Below are positions 11,205 to 19,399 of a DNA stretch of 64,000 bases, one piece after another. The notes under the pieces were generated by a model that did no database searches, had not been told where the DNA came from, and saw only the letters and a list, made by a program, of their open reading frames with translations. The translations under genes and the position numbers were made by a program. Positions within the stretch are counted from its first letter, which is position 1. Each line of letters begins with the position of its first letter. Origin of the DNA: Dudresnaya verticillata (taxonomy: Eukaryota); the NCBI GenBank assembly GCA_977862235.1, contig OZ374559.1:2852001-2916000 (forward strand), given 5' to 3'.

Positions 11205-12701
11205 CTAACCGGAGCAATTGCAATCGCACTTGAGGTTCTTCTTAATGCCTGGAACTCTCAAACTTGACTTCACAGACTTAGAGGCAGAGACCATGGCGTT
11301 CAGCATATCTGCGTTTGGAGTATCGCCACTCAGCTCCCATGCAAATGACCCACCAAGACCCTTATTGGCAGCATATATCGCCTTGCTGGCGATGGTGGAA
11401 GGAGTGTCATAGCTCCACCATTCACCAGAGCAGAATGCATACATAGTTCCTGCAATGGGCCCTGTCGGCGGACAGCTGTTGATAAGGACCTTGTAGTCAT
11501 CAGTACCCTCTTCCCAAGTTCCGGGAGCTGGACCTGTTGCAGATCCTCCTGGGGCAGACTGCGAAACTCCCTGCCATCCACGGCCGTAGAATGGCATGCC
11601 GAAAATGATTTTGTCGGCCGGCACGCCCTTGGCCAGCAGGTAGTCAATAGCTTGGTCGGCATACATACCTTCGATCGGAATACCGTCATACGATTCGAGA
11701 GGGGCATTCGGGGCTGTTGGACCACTGGGATCCCACGCACCGAAGTAGTCGTACGTCATTACCATCACAAAGTCCATGTATTCAATTGCTCCAGCGTAAT
11801 CTGCTTTTGTGAGTTTTCCGTCCGACCTAGCGTCACCTGCGATCGCAGCAGATACGAGTTGAGTTGGGAACTTTTCGCGCACTGCCTTCATCAGGACTGT
11901 GAGAGCGTCGCGGCCGCTATCGTCGCAAGTGAGTCCGCAATCATTGGGATACTCCCAATCGATGTCGATGCCATCAAAGACTCCCAGCCATCTTTGATCA
12001 TAAATCATATCATAGCACGACTGTGCGAATTGCGCGGCGTTTTTGGAAGCTGTTCCGAAGTTACCTGAGAGAGTCCACCCACCGATCGAGTACAGCACCT
12101 TGATGTGCGGGTACTTTTTCTTGAGCTTCAACAACTGGTTGAAATTACCCTTAAGGGGATCATCCCATGAATCGGCGACACCGTCAACACTTTCGGCTGC
12201 TGAGAAGGCTTTCTCATATTCTGCCCAGGTGTCGTACATTTTGCATTTTCCGGAAGAGTCAACATCTCCAAACGCATACAAGATATGCGTAAGTTTCGCT
12301 GCTGACCCGCTGGTATCAATGTCTTTGACGAAATACCTTCGATCGTAGCTAACCCAGTTCGGGAAATAGGCACCGACAAATGAACCAGCGGGAAGCGGCG
12401 TCGGTGTGGGTGTTCCAGTTCCTGTCGGAGTTGGTGTTGGCGTCGGGGTTGGCGTGGGCGTTCCCGAGCAAGGTCCGAGGTAATCCCAAACTCCCCATTG
12501 TCCTGTAGTTCCAGGCTCCTCACCTTGGGTCCACCACTTCGCCTTGTACTGAGCGGCTTCATGAGAGACCGAGTCTCCTTCTTCATAAATACCTGTGGCC
12601 TCCCAAGCAGGGTAGGTGCATTGGGGAGTCTGCCTGGAGCGAGCAGCAACAATGTTGATCAAGCTCCATAGCAGCAGAGCGGCTGTCGCCGTGAATTGCA
12701 T
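11205..12701 (-). CDS. Secreted GH18 chitinase: signal peptide, CBM5/12 chitin-binding module, Pro/Thr linker, catalytic domain
   Basis: Signal MQFTATAALLLWSLINIVAA; CBM motif YKAKWWTQGEEPG...GVW; (TP)n linker; SIGGW, FDGIDIDWEYP (DxxDxDxE), MTYD. TATA-like CTATATAA about 95 bp upstream. Confidence 0.96.
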   Translation of the reverse strand: MQFTATAALLLWSLINIVAARSRQTPQCTYPAWEATGIYEEGDSVSHEAAQYKAKWWTQGEEPGTTGQWGVWDYLGPCSGTPTPTPTPTPTPTGTGTPTPTPLPAGSFVGAYFPNWVSYDRRYFVKDIDTSGSAAKLTHILYAFGDVDSSGKCKMYDTWAEYEKAFSAAESVDGVADSWDDPLKGNFNQLLKLKKKYPHIKVLYSIGGWTLSGNFGTASKNAAQFAQSCYDMIYDQRWLGVFDGIDIDWEYPNDCGLTCDDSGRDALTVLMKAVREKFPTQLVSAAIAGDARSDGKLTKADYAGAIEYMDFVMVMTYDYFGAWDPSGPTAPNAPLESYDGIPIEGMYADQAIDYLLAKGVPADKIIFGMPFYGRGWQGVSQSAPGGSATGPAPGTWEEGTDDYKVLINSCPPTGPIAGTMYAFCSGEWWSYDTPSTIASKAIYAANKGLGGSFAWELSGDTPNADMLNAMVSASKSVKSSLRVPGIKKNLKCDCNCSG

Positions 12702-14977
12702 GGCGTTTTGTGAGTTGAACTCGAAATCGGGGTTTCTTGAGGAACTGGTACTTGGATGGAGTAGATGAATCAGTCGCCTGCAATTGTCAAGTGTTTATAT
12801 AGTACATCTCGGGTCTGGTACTTTTCCTCCAACCTCCCCTCCCATCTCTAAGACGAAATGCTCAGTTTGCGGAGATCCCTCAATATCGCATTGAGCAGTC
12901 TGTTAGGGCAGGTTATTACCAATTATTCTAAAGACAAGAAAGGCATCAGCCTACTGAGCATTATCCGTTCAGGCGTCTGCGGATCTTACGCGAACATACA
13001 TCCTGAACCAAACTTAAAACAGTGCAAGCTAGCTGGCAAGCTATTCCAATGGCAGAGTCTTCTGACTTTCCAGAACAGTACACTTTTTGGAATTTTCTAT
13101 CGTACAGTATTCCATGGTCTCGATAGAAAGAAAACAGATGACAAGAATATATTGAAGACCCCGCAAAGATAAAAGCTTCTAACAACTTGCAGCCATCACG
13201 TTAGTCTAGATAATGAAGAATTTCGACATTTATCTCTGCTGGCAAAGCAGCTCCAGAAACTGTCCACTGGCGTAACTTTATCATCTAAAGCACGCGATCA
13301 CGGCTGCAAACACAAGAACAGGGTCACTAGGAACTATTACTATTGTGCTATTGATACCTGTGCATGAAGTTTAATGATGATATTGGGCTCGAGAGACAAT
13401 CATTTTGAGTCTAGTGCTATTGTATACTTTGCAGGTGCGAAACAGTTTTCTGCGCGGTACTGTAATAAAGAACTCTGCGAGATATGGAGCAGACACCGAA
13501 ATATTGTCACTGTGAGCCGACGATGTGCCACATGGTTTTATCGCTTGGGACAAAGTCTTGTGATGAGCCGAAAAGGATTTTTTGCGTCGATCGAATGCAT
13601 ATTGGAATTGCGGCGTGTCATTGTCTTACAACAAGTTATGATGACTATAATGCAAAAAAACTTCTCAGTTTGAGATTGAAACTAGTCATTATTATCAAAA
13701 TAAAACGATAGGCTCTCGCGAAGCTCCCCAAAGGCAAACGAAGAACAAAATGCAAGAACATGAATGCAGAAGATCCATTTAGCAATATCCGTCCAACATC
13801 ATAGTGTCTGAGGAAGTTCTCGATATTCCTTTGGATGGAACAAGTTTAGAAAGGGTAATGTTAACTGGAACCAAAGAACCCCTTTTCCTTCTATAAAGGA
13901 ACGTTATAATTTCCCTTAAACGCGAGAAACGTTTCAGAAACATGTCGTGTATCGCTGTGCAGTTGTAAGTTTTGTTTAAAAACCTCATCACACACGCATA
14001 GCGGTTTTAACGGCCGCACAGGTTTTGGCTTTGAGTTGCAGAGTACAGCGCATTGATAATTTCAGTTTGAAGGGGGTAGGAATGGGAGACTCTTAGCCAC
14101 AAAGGAAGCTTGTCTTTAACATCTCACACAGAATACTATTTAATGGTTTATAAAAAGTGTGCTCTATGGGTGTTATTCCATCTTGAATGGCGGATAGGCC
14201 TCTGGTGCAGTGTGTAACTCGATGGAAAGACTTCTTGACGAAAAGGAATTCACGATATCTGCACGCAATATCGGTTAACCGAGCCGGGAGATGCAGATTA
14301 CCGCCTCCCCCAGTTGATTGCTTACAATATTCGTTATAGCAGCATACCCGGTCAAAGAGGCTGCCCCAGAAAATAAAGACAAAGCTGAAGTTGTTTCCGG
14401 AGATGCAGTCGACCAGAGCGAGGATGGGGTTTTGAACACAATTACCACGATGGCTTTCAGGTCCGTGGTGGATGCCTTCGGGAGAAACAGATTCCCTGCT
14501 GGGCACAGAATACGGTTCTGTTGTTGCGGAACTCCTCGTGATCACGCCAGTACTGTTGTTGAAATGAGTACTGACACTTCAAATATCTGTTATCAAAGGG
14601 CAGCTTTGTGCGGGAGCACGACCCAGATCTACCGTGGTATCACATCAAGATGTCGCCCCACCAAGGCGTGCTTCTCTCAGGAGCAATAATATGCTAATTC
14701 GCAGCACTTCTTAATTATTCTTCCTAGGGGCGGCTCCACAAAACAGCATTAACCTTAGAAAACCTTGTATATGTCCTCATTTTTGTAACCTTCGTCGCAG
14801 CGTTTGGTTGCAGCACTATGCTCAGAAAATGGATAAATCGTTCATGCTTTACTCATAGGCAATGTATGAATATAGATTGTCACATCAAAGCTAGCACCTA
14901 GAGTTTCCGGTGCAGCTTATCCTTTTTTTGCGTATGCAACGCTGTGTGAGGCTATTAGGACTGCCCAGAAATATTTA

Positions 14978-15321
14978 CAGAGGGTGTCCTAATCGCTTTA
15001 CACTTCTGAAAAGACATGCCAAGGGTAGCGAGCATAGGCCGAGCGTCCCACAACTCACACACTTTTTGGGTACGCTGTTTGAATTGCAGCTCCAAATCGG
15101 GACTGTTAGTTGCACCCCAGCTTCTGGATGATGCTAGGTCGAGCAGTTTGTGGGTGGTTTGATACACAGCTTCTGGATGATGCTAGGTCGCGCAATTTTG
15201 TGGGTGGCTTCTTCACACAAGCAGCGATCCCATGACCGAGTTTTAACTCGGCCAAGCTGTATATAAGACTCACCCTACAGTAGCTCACTGTCCTACTCGG
15301 CAAGTTCTTTCCTTCGTTCTC
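14978..15321 (+). repeat. Left terminal direct repeat (344 bp) with an internal imperfect 49-bp duplication and TATA box (TATATAA, about 15260)
   Basis: Identical by eye to 19056-19399; CAGCTTCTGGATGATGCTAGGTCG occurs at 15118 and 15167. Confidence 0.95.
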
Positions 15322-15377
15322 AAGCCGGTTGAGAACAAAGGATTTCCGTCACTCCGACAGGCGAACCACTCAAACTC

Positions 15378-15971
15378 ATGACTGAACCAACCCCTCCCTC
15401 TTCATCTATCTCAATCTCTCCCGCCATTCCCAGCGATTATGCTGAACTTGTCAATCATCAGCTTGCTTCTGGCATGGTCGGCCGTAGGGCCCTGTGGCCT
15501 CGCTCCAGTCTCGTTCTTCCTAACGAGGTGGGCTTCTTCAAGCCCGAGACTACCCTCTACCTGGAGACCCACCGCAAGGACCGCCGTAATGCCAAAGAGC
15601 TGGAGTATATTCACTCCGCTGGGTGCTGGATCGAGCAGTCTCTGGCTGCTCTCTCGCTCCTCGGGGCGGAATCTGATGTCGACAAGCAGTCCCGGCTTCT
15701 GGGGCTCATCGAAGAAGGTCTTGGTGGCGCGAAAGAAGTTCTCTCTATGCGTACAGCCCATTTCCAAACCGTTCTTTCGAAAGGACAGACTCAAGCCAAT
15801 CAAATCGCTGAGCTTGTCGAGACCCGTGTCGAAGCCAAGCGCCACCAGGTTCCCTCGGAAGCCTACGCAGACGTCTATCAGGAACTGTCTGCGAAATATG
15901 TCATCGAGACAGCCAAGAGTCTGGCTAAGGATGCTACCAGCGGTGGCAAGAAGCCAGACCACAAGGGATAA
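15378..15971 (+). CDS. DIRS ORF1 (gag-like, 197 aa)
   Basis: First ORF after the repeat; helical composition; its stop overlaps the next start as TAATG. Confidence 0.75.
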   Translation: MTEPTPPSSSISISPAIPSDYAELVNHQLASGMVGRRALWPRSSLVLPNEVGFFKPETTLYLETHRKDRRNAKELEYIHSAGCWIEQSLAALSLLGAESDVDKQSRLLGLIEEGLGGAKEVLSMRTAHFQTVLSKGQTQANQIAELVETRVEAKRHQVPSEAYADVYQELSAKYVIETAKSLAKDATSGGKKPDHKG

Positions 15972-18900
15972 TGTCACCCGGACAGGACCCAGTGCAGGCC
16001 TCCTGGCACCAAGCGCGGTGGGCCGGCACGAGACAAAGAGCGCAGAACTGGGAGCAGATCAGCGCGTCCGCCTTTGTCATCCGCATTCTTATGTTTGGAG
16101 TGTGGGACCCTCCTCAACGCCCGTTCACCCTAGGACGGGAGCTTCCCGAGATCCCTCAGAGCCCAGAAGATCTCTCTTTTGGCCGGAAGGAGCTGTCGGA
16201 GGGGTGCACTATCGGCACTTACCAGCAGGTGAGTGCGACCTTTGCACATCAACAACTCAGCAATGGAGCTCTCATTTCAAGCGCATTTGTCACTTGGCAG
16301 AAAGGCAAACCCCGCTTCATCATCAACCTAAAAGAGCAAAGCACCCATTGGGACAAACAATCCGTACGTATGGATACACTGTCCAGCTTTGGGGCCTGCC
16401 TTTGCCCTGGCGATTACCTTTTATCATTCGACTGGTCATCTGGGTATCGTCACTTCGCTCTTCATCGGAAGATGTGGAATTGGTTTCTTTTCAGGTACGA
16501 TGGACAGTATTATCGATGTATCGCGTTGCCATTTGGTTGGACAGCCTCTCCGTTCTGGTTTACAAAAATTCTAAGCCCTTTGACTCGGTTTATGCGGAGC
16601 GAGCTGTGCCTTCGTGTCCTAGTATGGCTCGACGACTACCTAATCGCCCCTGGAGATGGCAGCAGACCGAGCACTCCAGAAGATTGCGGCATCACCTCTG
16701 TTCATTTGGACCAGCTTTTCACGATGCTAGGGTTAGTTCGGCATCCCAGCAAGGGCATTTGGGGTCACGGCGCGACGAGAATCGAACATCTAGGGCTGGT
16801 TATCGACACTGTCGCATTTCGATACTTCGTATCTCCCTCGAAGCTTCAGCAGCTCCAAGAGATGTCCTCAGATTTGCTCCGAACCGCCAGGCAGAGGAGT
16901 CGCTGGGTCCGCGAAACTGTACTTGCCAGTTTTTGTGGCCGTGCTGTCTCGCAGCTCATACCGCTCCCGCTGGCGCGCTTCTTTACTCGGAGCTTGTACG
17001 ATGCTCTGAAGGATGTGGCGCCCAGGCGCGGCCGCTATCCGGAACGCACAGTGAAGCTGAGCCACACCGCGGTTCGGGATCTGCAATCCTGGTCTACGAT
17101 GCTGGCTGGAGATGGACGGTTAATTGGTGGCGGAAAACCTTCATGGTGCCTGCATACCGATGCAGCCGATGTAGGGTACGGTGCTACATTGGGTTCAAAT
17201 ATGCAGGCCGGATCCCCGGGAGACATAGAGGTACAAGGAATTTGGTCTCCCTTTCTTCGGTTGAAGTCCATTACGCTCCGGGAACTTGTTGCTGTCCGAA
17301 TGGCTTTGGAGGATTCGATGATGCAGTCTCAAATTACCGGAGATCATTCCATATTGCTCTTACACGTGGACAATATGGCAGTCTTCCACATCATTTCCAA
17401 CATGGTGTCAGCGAAGGCAGAACTCATGGCAGAACTCCGTCGGCTACACCACCTCCTCGTCGGGATGAAGGTAACCATTCGCGCGGAGTGGCTTCCGTCG
17501 GCCCTCAACAAATACGCGGACAGCCTGAGTCGGACTTGGAACCCGCGAGACCTCGCAGCGACGCCATTATTGCTGCAGTCCGTAGCAACCTCGCTCCAAT
17601 TACAAATCGTGCGGCGTTACTGGCCCCTCGGGGAAGCACCATCCGCACGCCGCAAGGTTATGATGGCCCAGTTCGCCGAGCACTGGGGAGACGGGAAGAG
17701 TCGTTTATGGAACCCTCCTCCGCCGTGGATTCCGTCCACGCTCCTCAAGATCAGAGAGGAAGGAGCGCACGGCATCTTAGTCGTCCCCTACTGGACCGGA
17801 GCGCCTTGGTTCGCACTATTGCAACAGATCTCGCTCAACAGTCGCGTCATCAGTCCCGGCCCGGGCCGTCCTCTATTCACAACAGAACAAGCCAACCCCG
17901 CCTGGGCGTTGTTATTGGCCGAAGTAGGGAAACCGCCGGTCAGGCCCTCCAACGCAGAATCGCGTCTCTCGTCCCTTCAACTGCTGCCGGACGAGCTACA
18001 GTACGTCTAGCAGGGCGCTGCATTGCACCGTCCACTGACCGTACCAAAACAACTCAGTGGAGGAAGTTTGAGGGCTTTTGCAATCGGAATGGGCATTCTT
18101 CCCTCCCAGCAGGGGTTGGTACCGTTCTATCCTATGTCGGTTTCTTATTTGAAGAAAATCGCATTCATGGAAAGTCAGTGGACCACTACCTTTCCGCAAT
18201 CCGGACGAGGCATTTGCGAGAAGGTTTGCCAGACCCTCTGGTAGGCAATCCTCATGCCGACCTTCTTCGTGCTTTTCGTCATCAAGACGACAATCGAGGG
18301 GCACTTGTAGACGTTCGAGCTGCTCTGCCGGCTGCAATTGTCTTCAGGATCAGGCGTCGCGGCCTTCAAGCTCGTCCAGGTTCGCTTACGGAGCATCAGT
18401 GCGCTCTCGTGGAGTTTCAATATTTGATGACATGGCGGGAAAATTCTGTTCGAACTGTACAGGTCCAAGATATCAGCGTGGTTCGCGCTCCAGCTTCAGA
18501 CACTTCACCCACCGTGCTCAACCACATTACTATCACGGCACGACCCCGTTCTCTGAAAGGCAGATTGCTCCGAGGCGTTGGGGCCTGCGCCGTCACCTGC
18601 CGTCACAGTCCCGTTGGTTTTGTCAATCGAAACCCGCTCGCGCTACAGCTTCGCTTCTATGCTGGACGCTCCGCAATTGCCCAAACAGACGACCTCTACT
18701 GGGCCCGTCAGGGCGTCGATCTTCGTCCACAAATCGTTAGTGATTCTCTTGCAGCGTGTCTCACAGATCTGCAAATAATTCCGCCGCCGTTCGCCAGTTA
18801 CACCTCCCACAGCCTCCGAAGCGGCAGTGTTACAGCACAAGTCCTCCTCAACGTTCCTATGCCCGTCATCACAAACCGGGGCGGCTGGCGTAGCAGCAAT

Positions 18901-19011
18901 ATGGTCGTGAACGTCTACTTTGACTCAAGGCTTCGCCTGTCTCCGGAAATGAATCTTTATTTCTGGTCGCTGAAAGACTCTTCTCGTCCTCCGCTCCCGC
19001 CCCCTCAGTAA
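15439..19011 (+). CDS. Overlapping ORF with C-terminal tyrosine recombinase (recognisable from about 17950); true start uncertain
   Basis: N-terminal SAM-like segment (IAPSTDRTKTTQWRKFEGFC...YLSAIRTRH) and catalytic set WR...K...SHSLRSG...GGW...VY. Confidence 0.9.
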   Translation: MLNLSIISLLLAWSAVGPCGLAPVSFFLTRWASSSPRLPSTWRPTARTAVMPKSWSIFTPLGAGSSSLWLLSRSSGRNLMSTSSPGFWGSSKKVLVARKKFSLCVQPISKPFFRKDRLKPIKSLSLSRPVSKPSATRFPRKPTQTSIRNCLRNMSSRQPRVWLRMLPAVARSQTTRDNVTRTGPSAGLLAPSAVGRHETKSAELGADQRVRLCHPHSYVWSVGPSSTPVHPRTGASRDPSEPRRSLFWPEGAVGGVHYRHLPAGECDLCTSTTQQWSSHFKRICHLAERQTPLHHQPKRAKHPLGQTIRTYGYTVQLWGLPLPWRLPFIIRLVIWVSSLRSSSEDVELVSFQVRWTVLSMYRVAIWLDSLSVLVYKNSKPFDSVYAERAVPSCPSMARRLPNRPWRWQQTEHSRRLRHHLCSFGPAFHDARVSSASQQGHLGSRRDENRTSRAGYRHCRISILRISLEASAAPRDVLRFAPNRQAEESLGPRNCTCQFLWPCCLAAHTAPAGALLYSELVRCSEGCGAQARPLSGTHSEAEPHRGSGSAILVYDAGWRWTVNWWRKTFMVPAYRCSRCRVRCYIGFKYAGRIPGRHRGTRNLVSLSSVEVHYAPGTCCCPNGFGGFDDAVSNYRRSFHIALTRGQYGSLPHHFQHGVSEGRTHGRTPSATPPPRRDEGNHSRGVASVGPQQIRGQPESDLEPARPRSDAIIAAVRSNLAPITNRAALLAPRGSTIRTPQGYDGPVRRALGRREESFMEPSSAVDSVHAPQDQRGRSARHLSRPLLDRSALVRTIATDLAQQSRHQSRPGPSSIHNRTSQPRLGVVIGRSRETAGQALQRRIASLVPSTAAGRATVRLAGRCIAPSTDRTKTTQWRKFEGFCNRNGHSSLPAGVGTVLSYVGFLFEENRIHGKSVDHYLSAIRTRHLREGLPDPLVGNPHADLLRAFRHQDDNRGALVDVRAALPAAIVFRIRRRGLQARPGSLTEHQCALVEFQYLMTWRENSVRTVQVQDISVVRAPASDTSPTVLNHITITARPRSLKGRLLRGVGACAVTCRHSPVGFVNRNPLALQLRFYAGRSAIAQTDDLYWARQGVDLRPQIVSDSLAACLTDLQIIPPPFASYTSHSLRSGSVTAQVLLNVPMPVITNRGGWRSSNMVVNVYFDSRLRLSPEMNLYFWSLKDSSRPPLPPPQ
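15971..18010 (+). CDS. DIRS RT, RNase H and N6-adenine-methyltransferase-like domain (679 aa)
   Basis: PRFIINL, YRHF, LPFGW, WLDD (RT); TDAAD...ELVAV...VDN...ADSLSR (RH); WNPPP...ILVVPYW...W (MT). Confidence 0.95.
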   Translation: MSPGQDPVQASWHQARWAGTRQRAQNWEQISASAFVIRILMFGVWDPPQRPFTLGRELPEIPQSPEDLSFGRKELSEGCTIGTYQQVSATFAHQQLSNGALISSAFVTWQKGKPRFIINLKEQSTHWDKQSVRMDTLSSFGACLCPGDYLLSFDWSSGYRHFALHRKMWNWFLFRYDGQYYRCIALPFGWTASPFWFTKILSPLTRFMRSELCLRVLVWLDDYLIAPGDGSRPSTPEDCGITSVHLDQLFTMLGLVRHPSKGIWGHGATRIEHLGLVIDTVAFRYFVSPSKLQQLQEMSSDLLRTARQRSRWVRETVLASFCGRAVSQLIPLPLARFFTRSLYDALKDVAPRRGRYPERTVKLSHTAVRDLQSWSTMLAGDGRLIGGGKPSWCLHTDAADVGYGATLGSNMQAGSPGDIEVQGIWSPFLRLKSITLRELVAVRMALEDSMMQSQITGDHSILLLHVDNMAVFHIISNMVSAKAELMAELRRLHHLLVGMKVTIRAEWLPSALNKYADSLSRTWNPRDLAATPLLLQSVATSLQLQIVRRYWPLGEAPSARRKVMMAQFAEHWGDGKSRLWNPPPPWIPSTLLKIREEGAHGILVVPYWTGAPWFALLQQISLNSRVISPGPGRPLFTTEQANPAWALLLAEVGKPPVRPSNAESRLSSLQLLPDELQYV

Positions 19012-19055
19012 GCTCCACAAGTTCAACAAGCTTCCCTGTTTCGGTACCGGATTTT

Positions 19056-19399
19056 CAGAGGGTGTCCTAATCGCTTTACACTTCTGAAAAGACATGCCAA
19101 GGGTAGCGAGCATAGGCCGAGCGTCCCACAACTCACACACTTTTTGGGTACGCTGTTTGAATTGCAGCTCCAAATCGGGACTGTTAGTTGCACCCCAGCT
19201 TCTGGATGATGCTAGGTCGAGCAGTTTGTGGGTGGTTTGATACACAGCTTCTGGATGATGCTAGGTCGCGCAATTTTGTGGGTGGCTTCTTCACACAAGC
19301 AGCGATCCCATGACCGAGTTTTAACTCGGCCAAGCTGTATATAAGACTCACCCTACAGTAGCTCACTGTCCTACTCGGCAAGTTCTTTCCTTCGTTCTC
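19056..19399 (+). repeat. Right terminal direct repeat (344 bp)
   Basis: Copy of 14978-15321. Confidence 0.95.

Larger units (their letters stand above)
14978..19399 (+). mobile_element. Tyrosine-recombinase (DIRS-order) retrotransposon, apparently intact
   Basis: gag-like ORF, RT/RH/methyltransferase ORF and overlapping YR ORF lie between identical 344-bp direct repeats; no TSD and no TG...CA ends. Confidence 0.95.

Noticed and set aside
15439..19011. Phage integrase, prophage or Starship captain
   Set aside because: The YR overlaps an RT/RH/MT ORF within terminal repeats, which is diagnostic of DIRS-order retrotransposons.
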